A DNA stretch of 61,325 bases, counting the filler. It is 4 parts of 4 records of this genome, joined end to end, with 100 filler letters (N's around TTAATTAATTAA, not from the genome) between each part and the next. Parts side by side here need not be neighbours in the genome. Positions count along the whole stretch, not along the records: positions 20,521 to 30,595 come from SRR2962707_3471; positions 30,696 to 36,796 come from SRR2962707_3473; positions 36,897 to 61,325 come from SRR2962707_3480; 1 more part is not named here. One strand, written 5' to 3'. The position numbers and the translations under genes are program-made. This document shows, in pieces, positions 28,520 to 39,528 of the stretch; the first letter of the stretch is position 1, and every line of letters starts with the position of its first letter. Under the pieces are notes generated by a model. The model did not search any database and had not been told where the DNA came from. It saw only the letters and a list, made by a program, of their open reading frames with translations.

Positions 28520-29470
28520 GTGAGTACGTCGCCGGCACCATCTTCAATGCTTATGAATGACGACGCTGTTCGGTATCTTGTCCAGCATGCCGATGATGAT
28601 GAGGCAAGCACCTCCGATTACTGGCGTGAACATAAACTGATGTTCAGGATTAACGAAGACGGCACGTTTGAGGGAAATTCCGTTCTCGGGAATGTCAGCG
28701 AAACGCGTTCTCTTTTTCAAGACCTCATGCACCGAGTATTCCAACTGCCGATGAAGCGGTTGGCGCGGCAGTACACGCCCCTCAAGGACTGTGAAAAAAT
28801 CGGCCGCGCCGTCGCCCGCCGCCGAGACCAGCAGTTTACCTATGACAGCCTGCGCCATGTTTTTACGCTGGCACTGATCCGTCATCACCGCGAAGACGTC
28901 ATTCAGGGCAGTACATCCCTGGTCATTGGGGACGGCTTCGGGATGATGGCCTCTCTGCTTTTGGAGAGTCATCCTTCAAACCGTGTTCTTGCCGTCAACC
29001 TCACCAAATCCCTCGCGTTGGATCTGGCATATCTGAAGCGTGCCTTCCCGGACGCACAAACTGCGCTCGTCGTTGATCGCGACAGCATGCAGGCAGCGCT
29101 CGAAAATCCTGATATTCGGATCATCGCCGTCCAGGCCGACAACGCACATCTTATGGTTCAGGCCCCGATTCAACTCGCCGTCAACATCGTCTCCATGCAG
29201 GAAATGGACCTGCCCGTCATTCGCGGGTATTTCGATGTGCTCCGCAAGAACCCGTCCCCGTCGACGCTGTTTTATTGCTGCAATCGCCGCTTCAAGACAT
29301 CCAATTTTGAAGAGTACCCATGGCGTGAAGGCGACGACATTCTCGAAGAAGGGATTTGCGAATGGAGCCAGCAGTATTATTCGAGCAGACCACCGTTCAT
29401 GCATAAACGGGAATATGGAAAAAAGTCGTCATGCACCGGCTTGTCGAAATGGAAAAAGTATCATGATTGA
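28520..29470 (+). CDS. Putative sugar O-methyltransferase-like protein
   Basis: LVIGDGFG (SAM motif-I-like), NIVSMQEM and FYCCNR, in a glycan-cluster context. The C-terminus may be frameshifted (see findings). Confidence 0.6.
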   Translation: MSTSPAPSSMLMNDDAVRYLVQHADDDEASTSDYWREHKLMFRINEDGTFEGNSVLGNVSETRSLFQDLMHRVFQLPMKRLARQYTPLKDCEKIGRAVARRRDQQFTYDSLRHVFTLALIRHHREDVIQGSTSLVIGDGFGMMASLLLESHPSNRVLAVNLTKSLALDLAYLKRAFPDAQTALVVDRDSMQAALENPDIRIIAVQADNAHLMVQAPIQLAVNIVSMQEMDLPVIRGYFDVLRKNPSPSTLFYCCNRRFKTSNFEEYPWREGDDILEEGICEWSQQYYSSRPPFMHKREYGKKSSCTGLSKWKKYHD

Positions 29471-30140
29471 ATCCGTGTTGTTCGACCTCGACGGCACCGT
29501 TATCGACAGCGCCCCCGGTGTTGCCTGGTCCCTCAACAAGGCACTTGCCGCCGAAGGCCGCACCGGATTGAGTGTCGAGCGCGTCAAGGATCTGGTCGGT
29601 AAAGGGGCCCAGCATCTGGTGGCCGATGCGCTTGAAGATACCGGCGGCATGATCGATGAAGCGCATCGCGATCGCGTCAAGGATGCCTTTCTGAGCATCT
29701 ATGCCGACAACCCGATTCAGGACACCATCGTCTTTCCGGGGGCGTTCGATGTTCTGATGCAGCTCCGCGACGACGGGATGCCGCTGGCGCTGTGTACCAA
29801 CAAGCCGCGCAAAACGACTCTGCCGGTGCTCGACGCGTTTTATCTCATGCAATTTTTCCCGGTCATCCTGTGCGGTGACGATGTCGAAAACCGCAAGCCC
29901 GACGGGCGGCATATTCTTGAGACTCTGAAGGCGCTCGGCGGTGATCCCGCATCCACGGTGATGGTCGGCGACAGCGAAAACGATATTCTCGCCGCGCACG
30001 ATGCCGGCGTGCCGTCGATCTGTGTCAGCTTCGGCTATTGTCACATGCCCTATGACGAGCTGAAGCCGACGGTCCTGATCGATTCCTACAGTGAATTCCA
30101 CGAAGCCCTGGACGCGATCAGATCGGGCAGCGCGTCATAA
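29463..30140 (+). CDS. HAD phosphatase (phosphoglycolate phosphatase-like)
   Basis: LFDLDGTVIDS, CTNKP, RKPD, MVGDSEND. The real start is MIESV at 29463. Confidence 0.88.
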   Translation: MIESVLFDLDGTVIDSAPGVAWSLNKALAAEGRTGLSVERVKDLVGKGAQHLVADALEDTGGMIDEAHRDRVKDAFLSIYADNPIQDTIVFPGAFDVLMQLRDDGMPLALCTNKPRKTTLPVLDAFYLMQFFPVILCGDDVENRKPDGRHILETLKALGGDPASTVMVGDSENDILAAHDAGVPSICVSFGYCHMPYDELKPTVLIDSYSEFHEALDAIRSGSAS

Positions 30141-30595
30141 TGACCCGCGTCGTTGTCGCATCCCGGTCTTTTTCTAGGCATCCGGTTTTGCGGGCCGAAC
30201 TGCTTGAACGCTATCCCGACACGACCTTCAACGACAGCGGCGCAAGTCTGACCGGCAAGGCGCTGATCGACTATCTGCAAGGTCACGACCGTGCCGTGAT
30301 CGCGCTTGAACCGATTGACGGCGACATACTCGATGCGCTGCCGGATCTCAAAGTCATTGCCAAGTACGGCGTCGGCTTCGACAAAATCGACCTGCGGGCG
30401 ATGATTGCGCGGAACATCCAACTGGGCTGGACGGGGGGCGTCAACCGCCGCTCGGTCGCCGAGCTGGTGATCGCCTTCGCCATATCGATGCTGCGTCATG
30501 TACCCGCCGCCAACGCCGAGGTGCTGGACGGCACATGGCGGCAACTGGTCGGGCGGCAATTGTCCGATTGCACGGTCGGCATCGTCGGCTGCGGC
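30140..30595 (+). CDS. D-isomer 2-hydroxyacid / phosphoglycerate dehydrogenase family, 3' truncated
   Basis: AKYGVGFDKID, NRRSVAE, TVGIVGCG. The ORF runs into the spacer. Confidence 0.85.
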
Positions 30596-30695
30596 NNNNN
30601 NNNNNNNNNNNNNNNNNNNNNNNNNNNNNNNNNNNNNNNTTAATTAATTAANNNNNNNNNNNNNNNNNNNNNNNNNNNNNNNNNNNNNNNNNNNN
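30596..30695. other. Artificial contig-joining spacer
   Basis: N44-TTAATTAATTAA-N44. Confidence 0.97.
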
Positions 30696-30727
30696 CCCTC
30701 CCTTCCTCCCTCCCTCACTCACTCAGA

Positions 30728-33123
30728 ATGTCCTCCGCGAAGCGGTCCGCCCCACACCCGCCCTCCACGCCTGTTCGTGAGCACGGCGGCAGTCGCAACA
30801 GCTCCTCCTCCTCTTCCTCTTCTTCCTCCTCCTCCCCGTATGTGCCGACGCGAGCTTCCGACTTGGGGTCGCCTGTGAAGGTGCCGCGGCTGTCGACGTC
30901 CGCGAAGTACGTGGTGGTGACAGGGGGCGTGATGTCGGGGCTGGGCAAGGGCATCACGGCGTCGTCCATCGGGCGGCTGCTGAAAGACTCGGGGTTCACG
31001 GTCACGGCCATCAAGATCGACCCGTACTTGAACTGCGACGCTGGCACGATGTCGCCCTTCGAGCACGGCGAGTGCTTCGTGCTGGATGACGGCGGCGAGA
31101 CCGACCTCGACCTGGGCAACTACGAGCGGTTCCTGGACGTGTCGCTGTGCCGCGACAACAGCATCACCACTGGCAACGTGTACAAGGCCGTGATTGACAA
31201 GGAGCGCGAGGGCAAGTACCTCGGCAAGACCGTGCAGGTCATTCCGCACATTACCGGCCACATCGTGCAGACCATCCAGCGCGTCGCCAACACGCCCACC
31301 AACGCGGAAGGCTACAACCCGGACTACTGCATCATCGAGCTTGGCGGCACGGTGGGGGACATCGAGTCGATGCCGTTCATCGAGGCGCTGCGCCAGCTGA
31401 AGAACGAGGTGGGGGAGGACATGTGCCTCGTCCACATCAGCCTTGTCCCAACGCCTGGCGACGAGCAGAAGACCAAGCCCACGCAACACAGTGTGAAGCT
31501 GCTGTCGACCCTGGGCCTTTTTGCAGATTTCGTGGGTTGCCGGTGCGACCAGGCACTGTCCGGGGCGACGAAGAAGAAAATTGCCAACTTCTGCAACATT
31601 CGGCCTCACGACGTGATTTCCTTGCACGACGTGCGGGACATCTGGCAAGTCCCGCTGGTGCTGAACGAGCAGAAGTTTCTGCAACTCCTCGCGCAGAAGA
31701 TGGGGCTGTCGCTGCCGAACGGCAAGCCAGACCTCACGCTGTGGAAAAGCTACGTGTCTGCACGCATCGACTCGTCGGAGGAATGCACGATTGCAATTGT
31801 GGCAAAGTGAGTGCCTGCCAGTGCCTGCCTCCATTCGTGTTTCGTTGCCAGGCACTGGCAGCCACTCACTTTGCCACAATTGATTGGGTTGGCGCTGCTT
31901 TTGGTTCAAAATGCGGAATTAACAGGTACACTGGAATGAATGACACTTACCTGAGTGTCATCCGAGCCCTGGAGCATGCGGCCTGCAGTGTGGGAAGGAA
32001 GCTGAAGACATGCTTCATCAACAGTACCGACTTGGATGACCCAGATGCTGATGATGACGCGAGAGAGCGTGCCGCGGCTGTCTACGAGGTGCTCGAGCAT
32101 TGCGATGGCATCCTGGTGCCGGGCGGGTTCGGTGTGCGCGGAGTGGAGGGGAAGCTGCGTGCGGTTAAATTTGCCCGGGAAAAAAAGAAACCTTTTCTCG
32201 GTTCGTCAGGACGCAACTTCGTTTCCCATGCTCGCCGCCGCCGCCACCACCGCCGCTGCATTCAGCACATTGGCGCGAATGCTTCCATGCACCTTGTAAC
32301 AACAGCACCAGTGCCTCGGCGCGCTGGTTCACATGTACGTATTCTGCCTGTGGGTGTTCCCTAGGAATTTGCCTTGGCATGCAGTGCGCTGTGATTGAGG
32401 TCGCTCGGTCGGTGCTTGGTCTTGAAAATGCCAATTCCGCCGAATTCGACGCGGAGACGCCCCATCCTGTGATCAAGTTTATGCCCGAGGGATCTACGAC
32501 ACACCTCGGCGGAACTATGCGCCTTGGCGCGCGCGAGACGCGATTCCACGATCCTACCTGCTTTGCCGCGAGGCTCTATGGCGGGGTGACCGGCATCATG
32601 GAACGCCATCGGCATCGGTACGCTTCCCCCTCCCCCCCCACACACACACTTCTGCACGCCATGACTCGACGCCGCCCGTGGCTTGAAATGCCTTGAACCG
32701 AGGCACCAACACGTGCGCTTCAACTCACCTTACACGTGTCCGCGTTTGGCTTTTTTGTGCTGGCAGCTATGAAGTCGACACGACATATCTTGAGCGGTTT
32801 GAGAAAGAATCGACCCTGAAGTTCAGTGGCAAGGACACAACGGGGGAGCGAATGGAGGTCGTCGAGATTGATCCGGAGATCCACCCATACTTTATCGGCG
32901 TGCAGTACCACCCTGAGTACGTAACACTACCTGCGTGCTGCTGCGTTTGCAAATAGATGGGTCTAGGCCACAGAATGAAGCGACGATCGTTGCTGACACC
33001 GTTACTTGCTTCGGTGATTGGCTGCATTCATTCAGATTCAAATCGAGGCCGGGCAAGCCATCGCCTGTTTTCCGTGGACTGCTTGCGGCAGCGTCTGGGC
33101 TGTCGCCACTCGCGTCGCCGTAA
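30728..33123 (+). CDS. pyrG: Eukaryotic CTP synthase, 5 exons: join(30728..31806,31926..32200,32365..32617,32767..32916,33036..33123), 614 aa
   Basis: [42 protein letters not shown]. Four GT..AG introns restore [25 protein letters not shown] and QYHPE|FKSRP. The spliced length of 1845 nt is a multiple of 3. Confidence 0.93.
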
Positions 33124-33467
33124 TGTCACAGTGCAATGCTTGCGTTAATTTGAAAGTGCGTTCGACTGCTGAGGAAGATGCAGGCCGTTTGCGTTTTAAA
33201 AAAGAAAAGTGCTTGTGGGAGAATTTTTATTTTAAAAGTAAAAAAAAATAGATAATGGTGCAGAGTCAATGAATTGGCGAAGGCGAAAGTGGTTGAGCCA
33301 ATATGCACGGGCACCACCTCGTTTCAAAGCGGGACCGGGCGACGCTACACGCCCTATGAAACGCTGTCCCAAGCAGCCTAGCTGCACAGGGACAGCACGT
33401 CGACTGGCTCAATCGCTTGGGTCTGCACCGTGGACCGATGAAAGCGTCGGGAATCCAATGGTCGATT

Positions 33468-36400
33468 TCACAGCTTGCGGCGCCACATCGTGAACGTGCA
33501 GTGAGCCACGGAGAACGACTGCGCTGCTTCACGCGCAACGCAGGGCAACGCCACTTGGTCCAGCACTTGCTCGAAGTGTGGAGTGAGCAACTCTTCCACC
33601 TTGTCAATTGTGTGAACATTCTCTCCGGAAGTCTCGCATTTGTAGCCCCCGAGCCAATTCTCAGAAGGCGTCTTCGACTCGTCCCAGTTGCACGTCGTGC
33701 CAAGGATGACGAGGCCCCCAGGGTTCGTGAGCGCATGCAAAGAGTCCAGGAACTCTTTGGGTGCATACAAGTTCTCCAGCACACCGGCTGCCAGGACCAC
33801 ATCGAAAGAGCCTGGGGAATGCACAGAGAGGGGATTTAGTATTCAAGTGGGCAAAGCAGACCGTGTACACGACTTCAGACGGGTTGAAAGAAGCAACTCT
33901 TACCATGCTTATACACGTCAATGTTGCACGCGTCTGCTTGAGAAAACTGGACGCGGTCACGCGCGGCGTCGGACTCGAGCCCAAGGGCGTCGAGGCTAAT
34001 GCCATGGAAATCCTGGATGGTGCCATCTTGAGGGGTCACGTAGCGGGCGACGCTTCCTTCCTGGAGCCGCACCGCGTGTTGAATTCGACGCGCAGTCTGA
34101 TCGAAACCAACCGTCTCGTTGAACACGTCAGCGAGCTCAAAGCAGGTTCGGCCGACTGAGCACCCCAGCTGCGCAAAACGTAGGCCGCGGAGAGCCGCAT
34201 CAGCTTCTGCTGCGTCACGAGCAGAAGGTGCAAATACCTGAGGCATGCAGAAAAAGCCACCGACAATCAGGTCACGAGTAGTAATGGAGCGGCTATGCGG
34301 TGGCAGGGCGCCGAATAAAGTAAGCAGCAGCAACATACCTCTTTTGCCGCGCGGTGGACCAGATCAGCACATTGCACAGCGAATGGTTGGCAACCTGGCC
34401 AGACGGGATGCAAAGTGTATTGCGCGTCCAATTCACGCGCCAGTTCGGGATCATTTTCCATGACCGTCATTGTTTGATCAACAGGCTCCTCGCTCTCCAC
34501 ATAGCGGAACCCAGCGTGCTGGTAGAAGTGTCGGCGGAAAGCGTAGCTGCGCAAGAACAAGAGAGGATGAGAAACGGAGGCAAACTACCGAAGCAACAAT
34601 AGGGCAAACCGAGTTGAGACACCGCACCGAGAGTCCTTCGTGGCGCCGTTGCACCCAATGCTAATCCACGACCCCCCCTTGATGACCGAGTGGAGGCCAT
34701 CAAACGTCGGAGAGGAGAAATCATCATAAAGAGGGTGTACTTCATACCTATCGTGGCCAAGAAGAGACATCATGACGAGAATGATCAGAAATGTCTCGTG
34801 GATCGTGCCGGGGATGCGGCGTGGGCAGCGCGGACAAGAAAGAAAAAAAAGTGAAAAAAAAAAAAACAACAACACGCACCCTGGCAAGGCATCGATGGGC
34901 GTCTCAGTCCACTGCCACACGTTGCCGACCACATCAAACAGCCCGGAGTCGCCCCACTTGAACATGTCAACAGGGCACTCTGAGGCAAAGTAGTCGAGGT
35001 TGATGTTGCCGGGGGCCGAGTTGGGCGCCCACGCTGGCTGGTCGCTGTCGCCAAAACCGTGCCCACCCGAGTTGCGCCAAGAATACCTGGAGTCAAAACG
35101 AAGTAAAAAATGCATAAGTTCGCATACAGGAGGACGCACTCATGAACACGAGCGATCGAGATTTCTGCTTCTTGGTGTCCTGCGTCTGCTCCCAGAACGA
35201 AATCTTCTCGCGAACGCAACTCGCCCAAATCACGTACCATTCAGCTTCAGATGGGAGCCGGAGTGCGGTTCCGTCGCGAGCCGACTTCCAATTGCAGAAA
35301 GCTTTGGCTTCAACTTGGTTGACATTCACGGGCCAGCTCCACGGCATTGGGATCTCTTCTTGCAAGCAACGCAACTTCCACTGACTGCGATCTGTGCCAT
35401 CGGTTAAGGAGCCTTCGCCGCCCGCGGGCACCCACCAACGAGGATGATCCTTTGGCTTCCCACTCAAGCCGCCCTCGCGTTCGAACGTGACCCAGGTCCA
35501 ACCTTCCTCAGTCCACCACTGAGGGTCACGGTAACCGCCAGCCTCCACGAATTCAAGGAACTCGGCGTTCGAAACGAGGTACTTGCTCGCGCGATGCTCG
35601 CTCACTGGCACAACCTTTTGGCCAAACTCGTTGTCCCAGCCGTAATATTTAGCGTTCTCTTTGGTCTTGTCAAAGACCACCTGCGACCCAGGCTGGTTTA
35701 CGAGCTCATTCTGGGGAACGGGCTGGTCCTGCAACGGGCACAAGGGCCACTTAGAGCTGGGCTGAATGTGCTTCAGGTCGATTTGGCGAAAAATAGCAGA
35801 CGAGGTCTCGGTGTGAATGTTCTCGTGCTCGATGCCCATCAAAATGGGCCACCAGTCCGACTCCCACCCCAAGCGCTGGTCCATCGGAAGGGTGCGAATG
35901 AGGTTGTCGACAATGTCGCGCACTTGTTCCCTGTAGGACTGGACCTCGGCAATCGACGGCCAGTCGTAGTGGTCGGTGTTGAGGTCGTCCCAGGACATCT
36001 CGTCGACACCGACAGCGCACATGTGCTCGATCTTCGGGTTCACTCGATGCCGGATGATCTTCGCGAGCATCAGCTTGTTGATGTAGAAGCAGGCGGTGTG
36101 ACCGAGGTAGAAGATAGGCGGATGGCGGAGCGGCTCGGACTTCAGGTAGTACGGCGCCTCGCCTTTCAGGATGCCGAACAAATCTTCGGTCTTGTTGTAG
36201 GTTGCGTGGAAGTATTCCCGGATGTACTCGCGGGTGGACTTCTCGTCCACCACATCGATCAACGGGGTGCGCTGCACGTCAATGAGCGGCTGTTCCGTGG
36301 CGAACGGGAACGCGGCGGCCGTGCCGGCCGCAAGGACTGCGTCCTCCACGTCGTCAGGTTGGATAGCAGCGACCTGAGGCATTGACGCCAGGTGACGCTG

Positions 36401-36739
36401 CACCGAGCGCGTGGGCGGTCGAGCCATTCCGCTGAAGCGTCGCGAAAGCGTGTTCGCAGGCTGGGGCACCGCGCGCAGCGCAGCTCTCACGGCACAACTC
36501 GTCGAGGCGAGCCCACCGCCCATGTTGAACATTGACGTTGTTGCTGTGGAAGCGGCCGCCTGGACTGACGAGAGCACCGCCCTTGACGACGTTGAGAACG
36601 AGGCAGCAGTGAGGGCGCGGCTCGCAGCTGCAGTTGTTGTTGTTGTTGTTGTTGTGACGGCGGCAGCAGCCGCCTGTCGACAGGATTGGAACAGCTTCAT
36701 GGCGCAAAAGCGGCTGGGGGCAGCGGTGTATTTGACCAT
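33468..36739 (-). CDS. ovoA: Ovothiol synthase OvoA (5-histidylcysteine sulfoxide synthase + methyltransferase), 6 exons: complement(join(33468..33811,33904..34237,34339..34546,34628..34747,34880..35086,35238..36739)), ~904 aa
   Basis: LRHPPIFYLGHT, GVDEMSWDDL, Fe motif MGIEHENIHTETSS, YGWDNEFG, GNVWQW, VHPLYDDFS..IKGGSWIS, RYAFRRHFYQHAGFRYV and methyltransferase LGCSVGR. Five GT..AG introns restore the frame (2715 nt). Confidence 0.92.
36633..36653 (+). repeat. (GTT)7 microsatellite encoding poly-Thr in the OvoA N-terminal extension
   Basis: Seen directly in the sequence. Confidence 0.9.
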
Positions 36740-36772
36740 TTTCTTTGTCGGAACAGTTTCGACACGGTGGCA

Positions 36773-36796
36773 AGAGAGAGAGAGAGAGAGAGAGAG
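36773..36796 (+). repeat. (AG)12 microsatellite at the contig end
   Basis: Seen directly. It probably caused the assembly break. Confidence 0.9.
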
Positions 36797-36896
36797 NNNN
36801 NNNNNNNNNNNNNNNNNNNNNNNNNNNNNNNNNNNNNNNNTTAATTAATTAANNNNNNNNNNNNNNNNNNNNNNNNNNNNNNNNNNNNNNNNNNNN
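36797..36896. other. Artificial contig-joining spacer
   Basis: N44-TTAATTAATTAA-N44. Confidence 0.97.
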
Positions 36897-37960
36897 CCCC
36901 AAAAAAGCTCGGGCTGGTCCACCATAAGGCGGGGGCCAGGAATGATCCCGTTTAGGATCAGGGCCCCAATAATAAGCGCCATGACCGCATCTCCGGGGAT
37001 GCCCAGAGTAAGCGTAGGAATGAACCCCGTTTGCGCTGCTGCGTTATTGGCAGATTCAGGGGCCGCAAGGCCGGGTAGGTGGCCTGTACCAAATTTTTCA
37101 GGTGTGCGCGAAAACCGTTTTTCCATTGCGAAGGCCATAAACGATGCGATGGCCGCGCCAGTGCCCGGAAGCGCTCCGAAGAAACTGCCAATACTTGACC
37201 CTCGAAGGATGGGCATTGCCAGTGATCGGGCTTCAGCCTTTGTCGGGATTACATCCCGCATTTTGATTGAGATATTTGCAGTGGTCCGGCCGCGACTAGA
37301 AGCGTTTCGGATAATTTCGCTCACTCCGAACAAGCCCATGGCAAGCGAAACAAGACTTATACCGTCGGCCAGTTCAGGGATGGCAACGAACCTGTAGTAT
37401 CCTGTGGTTGCATCGGCACCGACCAGTCCAAGCGCAATGCCCAGAACGACCATGGCAAAGGACCGAATTTGCGAACCAGTTCCAATCAGCGATGCCGCCA
37501 GCAAACCAAGGATCACAAGCATCGCATATTCAGGAGCCCCAAACTTAAGAGCAATAATTGTCATCGGAATGGCTGCAAGCACAAGAATTGAAACGCCAAC
37601 CATACCGCCTACAAAAGACGAAAACGCCGCAACAAACAGCGCAAGGCCAGCACGACCGTTTTGCGCCAAGGGATAGCCCTCTAGGCAGGTCACCACAGAA
37701 GAGGGTGTGCCCGGTAAGTTCAACAGAATAGACGCGATTGACCCACCATATTGAGAGCCATAATAGATGCCCGCCAACATGATCATCGATGTTGTAGCGT
37801 CCAAATAAAAGGTCACGGGTAGTAACAGTGAAATGGCCGTGATCGCACCGATGCCGGGCAGAACGCCGATAAGTTGTCCGATGAACACGCCAAAGAACGC
37901 ATACATCAGGATTTCTGGTTGAAGAACAACGCTTAAGCCAAGAAGAAACTGATCAATCAT
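36897..37960 (-). CDS. tctA: Tripartite tricarboxylate transporter large subunit, 3' truncated
   Basis: GVLPGIG, YYGSQYGGS, NLPGTPSS, LAAPESANNA, PTLTLGIPGD. Confidence 0.92.
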
Positions 37961-37962
37961 CG

Positions 37963-38427
37963 CTATCTCCAAAACGCTGGGATTGGCAGCTCAAGTCCGA
38001 CAAGAAACAAGAGCCATCCGGCAAAGGTTGCGATGATCGAATAGATCAGGACAGTGAGCGGACGCGCCTTGTCGTCTGCGAACATTGAGACACTCACAGC
38101 CATGAAGATGGACGGTATCAATCCGAGGATATCGACGAAAACGGCAAAAATTGTGATGGCGGCAGAGACAAAGATCAAACCGCGCCAGTGCATTTGGCCG
38201 GCGCGCTCAAGCGTGGGTGATCTTGTGTCGGCCACAATGATCGCCAAAGCCAATCCGCAGATTAACAAACCGACAACGCGGGGGATAAATCCCGGCCCCA
38301 TATCCTGCACGCTACCGACGGGATAACCCCAGGCGAAAAAAAGCATGATAAGGCCGATGACCAAAAGCACAGTGCCGCTTAGGGCGCGTTTTGCAAAGGA
38401 TGGTCGGATTTCTTTTTCGCTTTGCAC
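37963..38427 (-). CDS. tctB: Tripartite tricarboxylate transporter small subunit
   Basis: Four TM segments, MGPGFIP motif, directly upstream of tctA. Confidence 0.85.
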   Translation of the reverse strand: MQSEKEIRPSFAKRALSGTVLLVIGLIMLFFAWGYPVGSVQDMGPGFIPRVVGLLICGLALAIIVADTRSPTLERAGQMHWRGLIFVSAAITIFAVFVDILGLIPSIFMAVSVSMFADDKARPLTVLIYSIIATFAGWLLFLVGLELPIPAFWR

Positions 38428-38433
38428 TGTCTG

Positions 38434-39528
38434 TCACTCCCCAACGGTATCGGGCGTTTGCTGGCCCGACGTTGTCTTGTTCCGCGTGCCATCGGCAGAT
38501 TGCGCCATGTGTTCGGGCGGTGTGATGCCAAACCTGTCTGCAACGACGGCCAATCTTTTCAACGTGCCGTCTGCGATTGGAATGCCATTTTTCATCCGCT
38601 CAGCAGACAGGCGAAATCCGCGCTCTCCGGGCATGAGTATTTCATCGGTGTCGGGGGCTTTCGCTAAGAGTTTCAGGTTTCCGATCAGATCGGTGATCTG
38701 CTGAGCGAACACGTCCGGTTCTGCAAATTTGTCGATCTTTATTGCAAGGGCTGCGCCGTTCATTGATCCTTTTCCACCCGATAGCGCATTTGAGATGACC
38801 GGGTTGGACACAAGGACGCTTGAAAGAATTTCGATCATTAAGGACAGGCCAGAACCTTTTGGTCCACCAAGCGGCGTGACTGTTGCCACCTCCATGGGGT
38901 CCGTTGCGGGGTCACCATTTTTGTCGATTGCCCAGCCTTCGGGAATAGGGGTGCCTGTGTCTTTGGCCTGCATGATTTTACCCAGCGCCACGGTGGATGT
39001 GGACATGTCCAGCAAGAGCGGCAGCTCAGGCGCGGGGACTGCGATGGAAAGCGGGTTGGTCGACAGGCCGGCAACCCGTGCGCCGTGGTAGGCCATCAGC
39101 GGGCCGGAGGCTGTCATAACTATTCCGAGATACCCTTTCTCGGCCGCTTTTAGTGCGAAATACCCAATTGCGCCTGCATGGGTGATGTTGCGCGCAGAGC
39201 ACCACCCAATGCCAAAACGGTCAGCGATGTCTACGGCGGTGTCCATGGCGTTCACCATGGCCGAAGGGCCGGGAGACCGTGCCGCCTCTAAGACAGCGAT
39301 GGCCCCATCTTGGGACACCACCGTTGTTTGTGCCATTGGGTCAATCATGCCCTTATCGACCATTTCGACATAGCGCGGTATGCGCAGGACGCCATGGGAG
39401 TCGGCGCCCCGCGAATTTGCCCAAATCAGAATATCTGCTGAGCGTTCTGCATGCTCGGCAGTGTAACCGGCGGCCTTCAGCAGGTCAGCGGCATAGGTCT
39501 TTAGGTCGTTTGGGCGAAATGTCTTCAT
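38434..39528 (-). CDS. Ldh_2 family (malate/L-lactate/sulfolactate/ureidoglycolate) dehydrogenase
   Basis: RGADSHGVLR, THAGAIG, STNPLS, LLDMSTS, GGPKGSGL, PGERG. Confidence 0.9.
   Translation of the reverse strand: MKTFRPNDLKTYAADLLKAAGYTAEHAERSADILIWANSRGADSHGVLRIPRYVEMVDKGMIDPMAQTTVVSQDGAIAVLEAARSPGPSAMVNAMDTAVDIADRFGIGWCSARNITHAGAIGYFALKAAEKGYLGIVMTASGPLMAYHGARVAGLSTNPLSIAVPAPELPLLLDMSTSTVALGKIMQAKDTGTPIPEGWAIDKNGDPATDPMEVATVTPLGGPKGSGLSLMIEILSSVLVSNPVISNALSGGKGSMNGAALAIKIDKFAEPDVFAQQITDLIGNLKLLAKAPDTDEILMPGERGFRLSAERMKNGIPIADGTLKRLAVVADRFGITPPEHMAQSADGTRNKTTSGQQTPDTVGE

Noticed and set aside
29040-29462. Apparent 141-aa N-terminal extension on the HAD phosphatase
   Set aside because: It overlaps the upstream gene in another frame. 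The HAD motif I begins right after ATG 29463.
9904-36739. Functional link between the sulfur-related ICS cluster and ovothiol synthase
   Set aside because: They lie on different contigs from different domains of life, so the adjacency is artificial.
30696-36796. CTP synthase and OvoA appearing as fragmented ORFs (pseudogenes, or HGT into a bacterium)
   Set aside because: Every break is explained by a GT..AG intron that restores conserved motifs and frame. The segment is a separate eukaryotic contig.
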